Notes under the pieces: generated by a model
The model's database searches: none
Told to the model about the DNA's origin: nothing
The model's input: the letters and a program-made list of their open reading frames with translations, nothing else
Assembly (NCBI GenBank): GCA_963796455.1
Contig: CAWCLO010000004.1
Coordinates: 480,001 to 544,000, forward strand
Source: Candidatus Sulfomarinibacteraceae bacterium
Lineage (GTDB): Bacteria > Acidobacteriota > Thermoanaerobaculia > Thermoanaerobaculales > Sulfomarinibacteraceae
Direction: 5' to 3'
DNA: 64,000 bases
Position numbers and translations under genes: made by a program
Shown: in pieces, positions 10,468-22,637 of the stretch
Layout: every line of letters starts with the position of its first letter
Position numbering within the stretch: the first letter of the stretch is position 1

Positions 10468-10664
10468 CTTGATCTCCTTTGTGGGGGTGCAATTTCACGC
10501 ATTGTTGCATGAGCGGTTCCGAGTCGCGGAAATTCGTGCTGGCAACCATCCGTTTCATGGAATTCTTTGGGGCCTCGCGGGTTTCTAGAAAGGGGTTGTT
10601 CTGAGATTAGATCTTAATTTGCCATGCTCGCCATGGGGCGGGTGGGTTTTTTGGAGGAGTGGGG

Positions 10665-13374
10665 ATGATCGGAAGCAGTTTTTCGCACTATAAGGTGACA
10701 TCCAAATTGGGTGAGGGTGGGATGGGTGAGGTGTGGCGCGCCGAAGACACCAAGCTCGGCCGCGACGTCGCACTTAAAGTGCTGCCCGACGTCTTTGCCC
10801 AGGATCCGGAGCGGTTGGCGCGCTTCGAGCGCGAGGCCCGGGTATTGGCATCGCTTTCCCACCCGAACATTGCCGGAATCCACGGTCTCGAGGAGATCGA
10901 CGGGAAACGTTTCCTGGTGATGGAGATGGTGGAGGGTCCGACCCTGGCTGAGCACATTCAGCAGGGCCCGATGCCCATCGAAGAGGTGGTGCGTTTCTCC
11001 AAACAGATCGCCGACGCGGTGGAGGCGGCGCATGAAAAGGGCGTGATCCACCGGGACCTCAAACCGGCCAACGTCAATATCACCCCGGAAGGCACCGTGA
11101 AAGTCCTGGACTTTGGTCTCGCGAAGGCCCTGACCGGGGACCCGATGTCTGGCGAAGGAAGCAATCAGGATCTCTCGTTGTCACCGACCATGACCCAGGC
11201 GATGACGGGGATGGGCGTGCTGCTCGGCACTGCCGGCTATATGAGTCCGGAGCAGGCTCGAGGCAAGCCGGTCGACCGGCGGGCGGACATCTGGGCCTTC
11301 GGCTGCATTATGTACGAGATGCTCACCGGGCAACGGTTGTTCACCGGCGAGACAGCGACCGATGTGATCGGTGCGGTGGTGCACAAAGAACCGGATCTGG
11401 ACGAGCTGTCGACGAGGGTGCCGGTGCGCATTCGCCGCCTGCTTGAGCGCTGTCTGCAAAAGGACGCGAACCGCCGTCTGCAGTCGATCGGCGACGCGCG
11501 GATCGCCCTTCAGGAGTGGATCGAGAACCCCGAGGATGAACCGGTCGAGGCTGCGAGTGGCCGGCCGGCCTGGCTGCTCTGGGCTGCCGCCGCAACGGCG
11601 GGGGTGATCGGTCTCGTGCTGGGAAGTGTTTTTCTTGGGTCGAATGATCGGGAACCGCAGTTGGTCCAACGCATCGAAGCCGAGATCTCCGAAGAGGTGC
11701 TGTTCACCAATCGCGGCGCCGCCGCGGTGCCCTCACCGGATGGTCGATACCTCGCCTATGCGACGAGGATCGACGGCGGCGGCGCGCTTTATCTGCGGCC
11801 CCTGGACAGATTGGAAAGCCTGCAGGTGGCCATCGGTCAGGCTCGTGACTGGCCGCACAATGCATTCTTTTCCCCAGACAGTCAGTGGCTCGGATTCTTC
11901 ACGGTCGCCGAACTCAAGAAAGTGCCGGTAACCGGCGGTTCCCCGATCACGCTGGCTCAAACCGAGATGCCCCGTGGGGGCAGTTGGAGTTCGGACGGAC
12001 GGATCGTCTACGCTTCCAGCATCGAACGCCGGTCTCTCGATCGTGCCGGCAGCGGGCGGCGACGTCGCCTCCTTGACGACGGTGCCGGAGGGCGAGGGAC
12101 TCGAGAGTCATCGCTATCCCCAGTGGTTGCCCGGTGACACGGCGGTGCTGTTCACGGTCGTAGAAGCGACGGGAACTCGGCTCGAAATCGTCGACGCCGC
12201 CAACGGGGAACGCCGGGTGTTGCACGAGGGAGGTGCCTACGGCCGCTACGTGTCGACCGGCCACGTGCTCTTCGTCGACGGCGATGCGGTCTTTGCGATG
12301 CCTTTTGACGACAAGCGACTCGAGCGCACCGGTTCGCCGATGCCGGTGCTCGAGGGAGTCGCCTCGCTTCCGGCCGCAGGTGAAGCGCAGTATGCGGTCT
12401 CGGACACCGGGTTGCTGGTCTACCGGCCGGGATCGGACGACCTCAACCCCTTCCCGATCGCCTGGGCGGACCGCACCGGACGCGTCGAAAGTCTGTGGGA
12501 CGACGAAGGCATCTATGGCTCTCCCCGCCTCGCCCCGGACGGACGTCGGCTCGCGGTCTCGGTTCAGCGCGGGGACGACTGGGATGTCTGGGTCTACGAT
12601 ATGGAGCGTGATGTCGCGACGCGACTGACCTTCGAAAGTGGATACGATGCCGATCCGGTGTGGTCACCAGACGGCCGCTTCATCGCCTTTGCCTCGGATC
12701 GCGACGATGGTCAGATCGCTGCCTACCGTACTCGAAGCGACGGCACCGGCGAGGCGGAGCGGTTGATCGAGCCAGGCAAACTCGAATTCCCGGCTCCTTT
12801 GAGCTTTTCGCCTGATGGTGCGCGTCTCCTGGTGATCACCCCGGGGCCGAACGGTTCGGACGATCTCTGGTTCCTTTCTACCGATGGACAGGGTGAGCCC
12901 GAACCTTATCTCGCCTCACCTTTCGACGAAGGCGACGCACACTTTTCGCCCGACGGTCGTTGGATCGTCTACCGATCCAACGAGACGGGAGACTCGGAGA
13001 TCTACGTCCGTTCGACGACGGGGCCGGGCAAATGGCAGATCTCGGATGGCGGCGGATGGCAGCCTCTGTGGTCGGGTGATGGGGAGACGTTGTTCTACCG
13101 CAGTCGCGAGGGTCTGAACGCCGTCGAGGTCGAAGCCGGCGGAGACGAATTCAGGGCCGGTCGACCCCAGTTTTTGTTCGGGGAGGTTTTCGGCGGTCCT
13201 GCGGGTGTGCGGCTGCCGGGCTATCTCTTTTACGACTACGACGTCAGCGCTGACGGCGAGCGCTTTGTGGTCTTCCCACGAAGGACCGCGGAGGAAGTCG
13301 GGAATGCGGACATTCACGTTGTCAACGGTTGGTTCGAGGAACTCCGACGACTGACTGCGGGTGGCAGCAATTGA
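10665..13374 (+). CDS. Membrane Ser/Thr protein kinase with TolB/PD40 beta-propeller ectodomain, copy 1 (frameshift ~12014)
   Basis: [32 protein letters not shown] segment; repeated (F/W)SPDG. Removing one T at ~12014 joins ORF 10659-12137 to 11974-13374; RBS GGAGGAG. Confidence 0.9.
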
Positions 13375-13422
13375 GCAGGGCGTGCGAATTTCAGCAGTCA
13401 GCGAGACAGTGAAGGAGTGGGG

Positions 13423-16161
13423 ATGATCGGAAGCAGTTTTTCGCAATACAAGGTGACGTCCAAACTTGGCGAGGGCGGCATGGGCGAGGTGTGGCGCGCC
13501 GAGGACACCAAGCTCGGTCGCGACGTCGCACTCAAAGTGCTTCCGGATGCCTTTGCCCAGGATCCTGAGCGCCTGGCGCGTTTCGAGCGCGAGGCCCGGG
13601 TACTGGCATCGCTCTCACACCCGAACATCGCTGGGATCCACGGTCTCGAAGAGATCGACGGTAAAAGATTTTTGGTGATGGAGATGGTGGAGGGTCCGAC
13701 CCTGGCTGAGCACATTCAGCAGGGCCCGATGCCGATCGAAGAGGTGGTGCGCATCTCCAAACAGATCGCCGAGGCGGTGGAGGCGGCGCATGAGAAAGGG
13801 GTCATCCACCGCGACCTCAAACCGGCCAACGTCAATATCACCCCGGAAGGCACCGTCAAAGTCCTGGACTTCGGCCTCGCAAAGGCACTGACCGGGGACC
13901 CGATGTCGGGCGAAGGCAGCGACCAGGATCTCTCGATTTCGCCGACCATGACTCAGGCGATGACCGGCATGGGAGTGCTGCTCGGGACCGCTGGCTATAT
14001 GAGTCCGGAGCAGGCCCGGGGCAAGCCGGTGGATCGTCGAGCAGACATCTGGGCCTTTGGCTGCATCATGTACGAGATGCTCACCGGACAGCGCCTGTTC
14101 ACCGGAGAGACGGCGACCGATGTGATCGGGGCGGTGGTGCACAAAGAGCCTGACCTCGACGAGCTGTCGACAAAGGTGCCGACGCGCATCCGACGCCTGC
14201 TCGATCGCTGTTTGCAGAAGGACGCGAGCCGACGACTCCAGTCGATCGGCGAGGCGCGGATCGCCCTCCAGGAGTGGCTGGAAAACCCCGAGGAAGAAGC
14301 AGTCCCTGTGTCCGAGGGCTCTCGCCGCTCGCCGTGGTTGATCGTGGCCGGTACCGCGGCCGGACTACTCCTGGGAGCGCTCCTTGGAGGTTGGTTGCTC
14401 GGCGGTAGCAGCGAGCCGGAGCCGCTGCGGCGCTTTGAAATTAACGTTTCGGAGCAGGGGCTGTTTTCACGGCTCGGAGCCGGTTTGGTTGTTTCGCCGA
14501 ACGGCCAGGCGATCGCTTACAGCCCCGGTGAGGAGGGTGGGACACAGTCCCTTGTGATCCGCCCGCTCGACCGATTCCAGGAGACGGTGCTGGCCACCGG
14601 CGAAGGTGCGAATGGACCCTATCACCCGTTTTTTTCACCTGACGGCTCGTGGCTCGGTTATGTGACACCGGGTGAGCTCAAGAAGATCTCGACCAGTGGT
14701 GGCGCACCAATCACTCTTGCGGAGGTCGATCGGAGTCGCGGCGCGAGTTGGGGACCGGACGGAACAATCGTCTACGCTCGATCGGTGTTGACGGGTCTTT
14801 CTCTCATCTCGGCAGCCGGTGGGGACCCGACACCGCTCACCGAGTTGGACGAGGGGGCCAAGGAGCAGACACACAGATGGCCCCAGTGGCTTCCCGGCGG
14901 CAAGGCGGTGCTTTTCAGCTCCCTCAACCAGGGTGGGCAGTTCGCATTCGAGGATGGTGTCATCGAGGTGGTGGACGTCGAAAGCCGGGTGCGCAAGGTG
15001 ATCCACCGGGGCGGCTACTATCCGCGCTACGTATCTACCGGACACATCCTCTACGTTCACGAAGGGACACTTTTTGCTCTGCCCTTCGACGTCAAGAGCC
15101 TCGAGGCCACCGGTTCGCAAATGCCGGTACTGGAAGGTCTCGAGACCAATGCGGGCCAGGGTTCGGCGCAATACGCTGTTTCGGAGAACGGACTTCTGGT
15201 GTACCTCGAAGGATCGGATGAGCTCAAACCATTTCCCATCGTGTGGGCGGACCGGGAAGGGCACGCCGAGACCTTGTGGCAGGAGACGGGGATCTACGGT
15301 GGGCCGCGGCTCTCGCCGGATGGCGGCCGGCTCGCAGTCTCGGTGCTGCGTGACGGCAACTGGGATGTCTGGGTCTATGACCTGGAGCGCGATGTCGCCA
15401 CCCGCATCACCTTTGGCGAGGCCTATGATGCCGATCCCGAGTGGTCGCCCGATGGACGCTGGATCGCATATGCCTCCGAGGTCGACGGCGTCGACGGCGT
15501 CTTCCGCAAACGAACCGATGGGACCGGCGAAGCGGAGGTCCTGCTCGAGCCGGGAAAATACACATTCCCCGCTCCGCACTCCTGGTCGCCCGATGGCCGC
15601 CATCTCGCGATTCAGGTTGCCGGAGAGGGTGGTCAGAACGACATCTGGATCATGCCTCTTGACGAAAATGGTGCCGGGGATCCGGAACCCTTCGTATCGA
15701 CACCGTTCACAGAGAGCGGGCCGAGGTTTTCTCCGGATGGCCGTTGGATCGCCTATACCTCCAACGAGACCGGTCGCCCGGAGATCTTTGTCGCGTCCTT
15801 CCCTCCGGGCGGTGGCAAGTGGCAGGTTTCCAGCGGTGGCGGCACCCAGGCCCTTTGGTCGGGAGACGGTCGTGAACTCTTCTTCCGCACCGATACCGGC
15901 ATCATGTCAGTCAGGATCTCGACCGAAGGTGCTTCGTTCAGGGCAAACCGACCGGATGTTGTTTTTGAAGCTGGATTCCTTGGCGGGCTGCGAGGAATTC
16001 TCTTACCGGGGTTCAATTTTCCGGATTACGACGTCTCTCCGGGCGGTGACCGTTTCGTGATGTTCCAGGGCACAACCGAAGGCGCCCAGGCGACCGAGGC
16101 AAAGGTCGTGCTTGGTTGGTTCGAAGAGCTGCGGCGTCTCACTGAAGCCGGTGCTCCGTAG
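13423..16161 (+). CDS. Membrane Ser/Thr protein kinase with TolB/PD40 beta-propeller ectodomain, copy 2
   Basis: Intact ORF with all Hanks kinase motifs, [25 protein letters not shown], multiple SPDG repeats. Confidence 0.95.
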   Translation: MIGSSFSQYKVTSKLGEGGMGEVWRAEDTKLGRDVALKVLPDAFAQDPERLARFEREARVLASLSHPNIAGIHGLEEIDGKRFLVMEMVEGPTLAEHIQQGPMPIEEVVRISKQIAEAVEAAHEKGVIHRDLKPANVNITPEGTVKVLDFGLAKALTGDPMSGEGSDQDLSISPTMTQAMTGMGVLLGTAGYMSPEQARGKPVDRRADIWAFGCIMYEMLTGQRLFTGETATDVIGAVVHKEPDLDELSTKVPTRIRRLLDRCLQKDASRRLQSIGEARIALQEWLENPEEEAVPVSEGSRRSPWLIVAGTAAGLLLGALLGGWLLGGSSEPEPLRRFEINVSEQGLFSRLGAGLVVSPNGQAIAYSPGEEGGTQSLVIRPLDRFQETVLATGEGANGPYHPFFSPDGSWLGYVTPGELKKISTSGGAPITLAEVDRSRGASWGPDGTIVYARSVLTGLSLISAAGGDPTPLTELDEGAKEQTHRWPQWLPGGKAVLFSSLNQGGQFAFEDGVIEVVDVESRVRKVIHRGGYYPRYVSTGHILYVHEGTLFALPFDVKSLEATGSQMPVLEGLETNAGQGSAQYAVSENGLLVYLEGSDELKPFPIVWADREGHAETLWQETGIYGGPRLSPDGGRLAVSVLRDGNWDVWVYDLERDVATRITFGEAYDADPEWSPDGRWIAYASEVDGVDGVFRKRTDGTGEAEVLLEPGKYTFPAPHSWSPDGRHLAIQVAGEGGQNDIWIMPLDENGAGDPEPFVSTPFTESGPRFSPDGRWIAYTSNETGRPEIFVASFPPGGGKWQVSSGGGTQALWSGDGRELFFRTDTGIMSVRISTEGASFRANRPDVVFEAGFLGGLRGILLPGFNFPDYDVSPGGDRFVMFQGTTEGAQATEAKVVLGWFEELRRLTEAGAP

Positions 16162-16239
16162 AAAACGTCGAGGAGCCCGAATCGTGGACACAGCAATTGA
16201 AATCTATAGCTCGAGTGAATTCGAGGGGGAACGCACGCA

Positions 16240-18960
16240 ATGATCGGAAGTAGTTTTTCGCAGTACAAGGTGACATCGAAATTGGGCGAGGGCGGAATGG
16301 GGGAGGTGTGGCGCGCCGAGGACACCAAGCTCGGCCGCGACGTCGCTCTCAAGGTTTTGCCCGATGCCTTTGCCCAGGATCCCGAGCGGCTGGCGCGCTT
16401 CGAGCGCGAGGCCCGGGTTCTGGCATCGCTCTCCCACCCGAATATCGCCGGAATCCACGGTCTCGAGGAGATCGACGGCAAACGATTCCTGGTGATGGAG
16501 ATGGTGGAAGGCCCCACTCTGGCGGAGCTCATCCAAAAGAGCCCGTTGCCGATCGACGAGGTGGTGCGCATCGCCAAACAGATCGCCGAGGCGGTCGAAG
16601 CGGCGCATGAGAAAGGGGTCATCCACCGCGACCTCAAACCGGCCAACGTCAATATCACCCCGGATGGCACCGTGAAAGTCCTGGATTTCGGTCTCGCGAA
16701 GGCCCTGACCGGTGACCCCATGTCTGGCGAAGGAAGCAATCAGGATCTCTCGTTGTCACCGACCATGACCCAGGCGATGACGGGGATGGGCGTGCTGCTC
16801 GGTACCGCTGGCTATATGAGTCCGGAGCAGGCCAGGGGCAAACCGGTGGATCGGCGAGCAGACATCTGGGCCTTTGGCTGCATCATGTACGAGATGCTCA
16901 CCGGACAGCGCCTGTTCACCGGAGAGACGGCGACCGATGTGATCGGGGCGGTGGTGCACAAAGAGCCCGACCTCGACGAGCTGTCGACGAAGGTGCCGGG
17001 CCGAATTCGACGCTTGCTCGACCGCTGTTTACAAAAAGACGCGACCCGGCGACTCCAGTCAATCGGCGAGGCGCGGATTGCCCTCCAGGAGTGGCTCGAG
17101 AATCCCGAAGCCGAAGCACCCACATCGGGGCAGGCCGCAACTTCGGGTCTGCGTCGTTGGCTGCCGTGGGCGGTCGCCGCCGGCGCCCTCCTGCTTGTTC
17201 TCGTGCAGGCGACCGGTTTGGTGGGCGGGCGAGACAGTTCTCCCGAGCCGGTCCGACGGGCGACCATCGAGGTTGGGGAGGACGGGCTGTTTTCGGGCTT
17301 CGGCACCAGCTCCGTGTTGTCCCCCGACGCAAGGATGCTGACCTTCGTCACCGGTTCCGGAAACGAGGGCGGCAATATTTTGTTGCGCCACCTCGACCGA
17401 TTCGAACCGACGACGATCGCAACCGGTGGGGCGGGGGCGGCGCCATACCAGCCGTTTTTCTCACCCGACGGCGAGTGGCTCGGATACGTCACCCCGGCCG
17501 AGCTTAAAAAGGTCTCGACCGCAGGCGGCGCGCCGATCACTCTGTGCAGCGTGAATCTCAGCCGAGGGGCGACCTGGGGGGAGAACGAGACCATCGTCTT
17601 TTCGCCGTCTCCACGAAGCCCGCTCATGAGCGTGTCCTCGGCTGGTGGCGAACCGCAGTCGCTGACCGATCTCGGCGAGACCGACATCAGCCACCGCTGG
17701 CCGCAGTGGTTGCCCGATGGGGAGACTGTTTTGTTCACATCGCTAAACGAAGGATCCGACAACTTCGAGGGGGCGAATCTCGAAGTGTTGACGGTGGCGA
17801 CCGGCGAGCGCAGGGTGGTCCATCGCGGCGGGTATCACGGTCGATACGTGGAGACAGGACATATTCTCTATGTCCACGAAGGCACTCTGTTCGCCCTGCC
17901 GTTCGATCTGAAAAAGCTCGAGGCCCGCGGTTCACAGATGCCCGTGCTCGAAGATCTCGACGCCACCGTCGTCCAGGGCGCCGCGCAATTCGACGTCTCG
18001 AAAAACGGTGTTCTCGTCTATGCCGCCGAGTCGCAGCAGGGCGACCCCTTCCCGATCGTCTGGGTCGATCGGCACGGACGCACGGAATCATTGTGGGCGG
18101 AGCCCGGGCTCTACGCAAATCCCGAGCTCTCACCCGATGGACGTAAGTTGTCGCTCTCCATGCTGCGCGGCAACAACCTGGATGTCTGGATCTACGACCT
18201 CGTGCGGAAAGTCGCAACGCGTCTGACCTTTGACGAGGGCTATGACGCCGATCAGGTCTGGTCGCCGGACAGCCGAACCATCGCCTTTTCTTCGAATCGC
18301 GGTGACGGCAACAACTCCATCTACCGCAAGGCAGCCGACGGGTCCGGAGAGGTCGAGGTGGTCGTCGAGGCAGGTGAGATGCCCGCCCTTTACCCGACGT
18401 CCTGGTCCCCCGACGGGAAGTGGCTCGCAGTCTGGACGGCCAACTCGGATGTCTATGTCGCGTCGGTTGAAAGCGGCGAGCTCGAGCCGTTTCAAAATAC
18501 GGATTTCGGTGAGTTCAACCCGAGCTTTTCCCCGGACGGCCGCTGGATCGCATATGACTCCAACGAATCCGGCCGGCTCGAAATCTATGTCCGCGGATTC
18601 CCATCCGGAGGTGGCAAGTGGCAGGTATCCGACGGAGGTGGTGCACTGGCGCGGTGGTCCATGGATGGGCGTGAGCTCTTCTACCGAACCGACACTGGCA
18701 TCATGGCGGTTTCAGTCGACGGCAGCGGTTCGAATTTCGAGGTCGGCACGCCCCGCAATCTGTTTGACGGCCCTTTCCTGGGCGGGACCAATGGCGTCGA
18801 TATCGGCGGGTTCATTTTCCCGGACTACACCGTCAGCGGCGACGGCCAGCAATTTGTCATGTTCGCCGGTCGGGAGGAGACGAGCCGCCCGACCTCGGTG
18901 CGGTTGGTGACCAACTGGTTCGACGAGCTGAAACGTCTCACGGCCGCTGGAACCAGATAA
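16240..18960 (+). CDS. Membrane Ser/Thr protein kinase with TolB/PD40 beta-propeller ectodomain, copy 3
   Basis: Intact 906-aa ORF, same architecture as copies 1 and 2. Confidence 0.95.
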   Translation: MIGSSFSQYKVTSKLGEGGMGEVWRAEDTKLGRDVALKVLPDAFAQDPERLARFEREARVLASLSHPNIAGIHGLEEIDGKRFLVMEMVEGPTLAELIQKSPLPIDEVVRIAKQIAEAVEAAHEKGVIHRDLKPANVNITPDGTVKVLDFGLAKALTGDPMSGEGSNQDLSLSPTMTQAMTGMGVLLGTAGYMSPEQARGKPVDRRADIWAFGCIMYEMLTGQRLFTGETATDVIGAVVHKEPDLDELSTKVPGRIRRLLDRCLQKDATRRLQSIGEARIALQEWLENPEAEAPTSGQAATSGLRRWLPWAVAAGALLLVLVQATGLVGGRDSSPEPVRRATIEVGEDGLFSGFGTSSVLSPDARMLTFVTGSGNEGGNILLRHLDRFEPTTIATGGAGAAPYQPFFSPDGEWLGYVTPAELKKVSTAGGAPITLCSVNLSRGATWGENETIVFSPSPRSPLMSVSSAGGEPQSLTDLGETDISHRWPQWLPDGETVLFTSLNEGSDNFEGANLEVLTVATGERRVVHRGGYHGRYVETGHILYVHEGTLFALPFDLKKLEARGSQMPVLEDLDATVVQGAAQFDVSKNGVLVYAAESQQGDPFPIVWVDRHGRTESLWAEPGLYANPELSPDGRKLSLSMLRGNNLDVWIYDLVRKVATRLTFDEGYDADQVWSPDSRTIAFSSNRGDGNNSIYRKAADGSGEVEVVVEAGEMPALYPTSWSPDGKWLAVWTANSDVYVASVESGELEPFQNTDFGEFNPSFSPDGRWIAYDSNESGRLEIYVRGFPSGGGKWQVSDGGGALARWSMDGRELFYRTDTGIMAVSVDGSGSNFEVGTPRNLFDGPFLGGTNGVDIGGFIFPDYTVSGDGQQFVMFAGREETSRPTSVRLVTNWFDELKRLTAAGTR

Positions 18961-19003
18961 GAGGCGTCGATGTTCGGAGATTCCGGAGACGGCCGGCGAA
19001 ACG

Positions 19004-19036
19004 AAAAAGCGCTCATCATCCGAAGATGATGAGCGC
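19004..19036 (-). terminator. Intrinsic terminator between convergent genes
   Basis: GCGCTCATCATC-CGAA-GATGATGAGCGC perfect 12-bp stem preceded by AAAAA (U-tail on minus strand). Confidence 0.8.
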
Positions 19037-19076
19037 CGAGAATACGGTGCGGAGCCATGTCAATTGGGCCGTCTGT

Positions 19077-20596
19077 CTATGGAATATCCCCGAATTGGCA
19101 GCGGCACATCTGGATCGCGCGCTTTCTCTTGCCGGTGATCACACCCTTTTTCCTCAGTTCGTTCGGTATTCGGAGACAGCCGCTACAAATTGACCGTGGC
19201 TGCTGGCGGCCGCGGCGATCGCCGCGATGTCGTCGGACATGCTGCATCCGTCGTCAAACAGATATATTCGGAACACCAGTGTCTCGATCCCGTCGATCAC
19301 AATCGTCGGACTGAGATCCGATGTTGGGTTGCAGTCCACGTCGTCGGGTACGCCGTCACCGTCGGTATCCGTAACGAGACCGAAGACGTAGGCCGAACCC
19401 GAGTATTGCCCGACATCGGATTGATAGGGAGCTCCGGCGAAAACCGTGCCACCCGAGGACGCCACCGACCAACCGAATGCGGCGTCGGGATGGCCATCTG
19501 ACGCGACGATCTTGTCGACCTCGCTCCAGACGGTGCCGGTTCGGGTGAAGACATAGGCCGATCCTGTCCGGGAGTCATCCTCCCAGGCTCCGACGACGGC
19601 GGTATCGCCCGTAACCGACACCGAAACTCCGAAATTGTCGCCGCCCAGGCCATCGGAGGCGGCAAGTTTCTGCTCTTCGGACCAGGTGGTACCTGTGCGG
19701 GTGTAGACATAGACGAATCCTGGGCTCGGGGAGAAGTGGGGTGTGCCGATGAAAGCTGTATTCCCGGAAACCGAAACCGAGGAACCAAAGGCGATGTCGC
19801 TTGTGTCGGGTGATCTGAGCTTGGCCTCTTCGGTCCAGGTGGTTCCGCTGCGGGTATAGATGTACGCGGCGCCTGTATAGCTGTAGCCGCTTGTCTCCCA
19901 GCCTTCATAAGGAGCGCCGATGACACAGGTATCTCCAGAAAGACTCAAGAATCTCCCGAAATCATCGCCCAGGAACGCATCCGACGCGGTCAACTTGGCC
20001 TCTTCTGTCCAGGTCGTGCCGCTTCGTGTAAAGACGTATGCGGACCCGGAGTTCTGGCCATCGTCATCGTCGTAGTAGGCGCCGATGACAGCTGTGTTTC
20101 CTGATATCGTCACCGAAGTACCGAAGCGATCGCCGACCGCGGTGTCCGAGGCGATCAGCTTGGCCTCTTCTGTCCAGGTGCTACCACTTCGTGTAAAGAT
20201 GTAGGCCGCTCCGAGGTTGGGGTCGTCAACATATGTTCCGACGATGATAGTGTCGCCCGAGATCCCCACCGAGACCCCGAAATTATCTTCAACCGCCGCG
20301 TCCGATGCGGTCAGTTTCTGTTCTTCGGTCCAGGTGTTTCCGTTCCGAACAAAGACATAGACCGAGCCTGATGCATACCCGTTTTGGTCGTCATAGGCGG
20401 CGCCGACGACGGCGGTGTCGCCGGAGACAGCCACCGAAAAGCCAAAAGAATCACCTGCGGTGATGCCTGTGGAGGTCAGTTTCAAGTCTTCAGTAGCTGC
20501 ACACAGCACACTCGCCGTTGCCACGACGATTGCGGCTGTCAGCCCGATCTTCCGAAGATCTGTAAAGCATCGTGTTCGCCCGATTCCGATGTTCAT
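19077..20596 (-). CDS. Secreted FG-GAP repeat (integrin-alpha-like beta-propeller) protein; C-terminus apparently frameshifted
   Basis: Seven repeats of FGxSVxxSGxTxxxGA...GxAYxFxRxGxxWxEExKL; DTDGDGVPDD Ca-binding motif. After NHGQFV-like HGQFVAAVS the coding pattern continues in another frame (NELRKKGVITGK...DIP*) to TAG at 19077. Confidence 0.85.
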
Positions 20597-20838
20597 GATG
20601 TTTCTCTTTCTTTTCGAGTTCGAAGATGAGTAGGTTGTCCCGCGGTGTTCAGAGAAGAATCCTTGATATGGAATGAACAGTTCAGCCGGAAATCCAAGTG
20701 AGATCATGTGTCTAAATTGTGTCTCGGTCGCAAAGTCTGTATTCAAACTATACAGTTCTAACTGTTGATGTAAGGCTCACCGCGGCATTGAAGTCCTGCT
20801 GCGGCAAAACCGATCGGCTGGTTTGAAAGGATCCAGCA

Positions 20839-21083
20839 TCAACGGAGTGACGCATTCGGAGCGGGCGTCACGGGTTTTCGCAGCCTGCGCCCGATTCGTT
20901 TTTCTCCGACGGTTCTGGCGTAGGCCGAGACGATCAGATTGCTGGTCCGAGGATCATCCACGATCCAGAAAGAGGCGGTCAGGCCGCTGCTCTCGGAGAC
21001 CAGGCCGGCGTGATAGAGGACAACCAAAAAGATGAAAATGTACTCAGATTGTCCAAAAAATTCAGTCTTCCCCTGCAAGCCAT
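20839..21083 (-). pseudogene. N-terminal remnant of an acyltransferase-3 (OpgC/MdoC-like) gene
   Basis: RBS plus ATG at 21083: MACRGRLNFLDNL.., shifts frame to IFLVVLYHAGLVSESSGLTASFWIVDDP, then similarity ends after ~50 codons. Confidence 0.55.
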
Positions 21084-21109
21084 GATCTCTCCCTCGAAAA
21101 AGTTGTGGT

Positions 21110-21748
21110 TTAGCGTGTGAAGTCGGTTCGTCCCCGGTAGAGAACTGCGGCGACTCCCATGGTGGTGAGCACGACCACGACGATTCCCATTTGTGCTTGA
21201 ATCGTGTGAAAGAAAAACTGGGATGCCGCGAGCACGAGGATCGCTCCCACGAAAACCGCCCACCCTGCCAGAGCCGCCCTCGACCGACGTTGGCGCCGCG
21301 CCGCCGTCGATTCCTGCGCCAGCGGTCCGAGCTGGGCATAGGCGAAGAACTGCAGCGTGAACCCGCTGGCCTGGTAAAGGGAGGTGTGTTCAAAGTTGTT
21401 GGTAATCAGAAAGGCGAGACCGACAATGGGTATCGCCGCGATGGCGCAGAGTCCGAACAAACACGAGGGGAGGAGCACAGTCACCCCAGCGAGTTGACGG
21501 GGGGTAAGGGGTCCGGCCAAAAGTAAACGTGCACGATGTTCGTCGATCCGGTAACCCTGGGCCACAAAGGAAACCACCATCCCGGCGATGGCCGGAAACA
21601 TGGCCAGCAAGAAGACCGGTGGGCCTTCGCCTTCCTCAAAAAACCGAATAAGGACACTCAGCAACAGGGAGACGAACGCGGCGATGCCGAGACCGCCAAG
21701 GAGCCACGGCTTGAAATAGGTGATTTCAGTCTTGAGCGCGTGCAACAT
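21110..21748 (-). CDS. Integral membrane protein, probable ABC-2 type permease
   Basis: About six hydrophobic segments; overlaps the end of the ABC ATPase gene. Confidence 0.75.
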   Translation of the reverse strand: MLHALKTEITYFKPWLLGGLGIAAFVSLLLSVLIRFFEEGEGPPVFLLAMFPAIAGMVVSFVAQGYRIDEHRARLLLAGPLTPRQLAGVTVLLPSCLFGLCAIAAIPIVGLAFLITNNFEHTSLYQASGFTLQFFAYAQLGPLAQESTAARRQRRSRAALAGWAVFVGAILVLAASQFFFHTIQAQMGIVVVVLTTMGVAAVLYRGRTDFTR

Positions 21749-22637
21749 GGTGCCCCTCCTTGAGAATCTGTACGGCAATCTCATCGACGCTCATTCGTGA
21801 GACCTCCACCGCCTCCGCGCCGAGCGCGGAGAGCTGTTGGATCGTCGCTTCGGCTTCGCGGGTGATGACCTGATGCTCGGTCCGGACCCTCCGGTGCTCG
21901 ACGATTCCGGCGAGATCGAGCTCGTCCTGCTGCAGCCGGAAGGAGATCCTGCGCCAGCTCTCTGAAAGCTCATCCCGTCCGGTCCGGAGAACGATCGATC
22001 CATCTCGGAGGAATGCAAGCTCGTCCGCCAGCCGGTTGATGTCGGACAGCACGTGGGTGGAGTAGAGCACGGCATGTTCTCCGTCCTCCGTGATCTCCCA
22101 GAGCACGTCCAGGACCTCCGAACGCACAACCGGATCGAGACCGGCGGTGGGCTCGTCCAGCAGCAGCAGCCGGGGGCCGTGGCCGAGGGCGGCCACGATC
22201 GCGAGCTTGGTCTTGTTGCCCCGGGAGAGCTTGCTGACCGATCTGTCGAGCGGAAGCGCGATGCGTTCGGCGAGCCGCACGGCATTGTCCTTCGACCAGT
22301 CCGGAAGCAGGTGGGCCATATAGTCCAAATTGCGTCTGGCGGACCAACGCAAAAAGAACCCGCTCTCTTCACCAACGTAGCCGATGTCGCGGCGGTATTC
22401 GGTGCGATCCGGGTGAACCGGGTCGCCGTAGACCTCCACGGTGCCGGCATCGGGCACGATCAGACCCGCCATACAGTTGAGGGTCGTCGTCTTTCCGGAA
22501 CCGTTGGGGCCCACCAGGGCGAGCACCGTTCCCGGCTTCAGAGTGAGGTCGATCGGACCGAGCTGAAAACCCGGAAAACTCTTGCTCAATCCGGTCAGAC
22601 GGGCGGCGGCGTCGGCCTGCGGCCAACTATCAGTCAT
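21726..22637 (-). CDS. ABC transporter ATP-binding protein (YtrB-like)
   Basis: Walker A GPNGSGKTT, signature LSRGN, Walker B LLLLDEPTAGLD, STH switch. Confidence 0.95.
   Translation of the reverse strand: MTDSWPQADAAARLTGLSKSFPGFQLGPIDLTLKPGTVLALVGPNGSGKTTTLNCMAGLIVPDAGTVEVYGDPVHPDRTEYRRDIGYVGEESGFFLRWSARRNLDYMAHLLPDWSKDNAVRLAERIALPLDRSVSKLSRGNKTKLAIVAALGHGPRLLLLDEPTAGLDPVVRSEVLDVLWEITEDGEHAVLYSTHVLSDINRLADELAFLRDGSIVLRTGRDELSESWRRISFRLQQDELDLAGIVEHRRVRTEHQVITREAEATIQQLSALGAEAVEVSRMSVDEIAVQILKEGHHVARAQD

Noticed and set aside
10665..18960. Kinase triplication as a diversity-generating retroelement (TR/VR)
   Set aside because: No reverse transcriptase in the window; differences are not adenine-specific and are mostly synonymous within the kinase domain.
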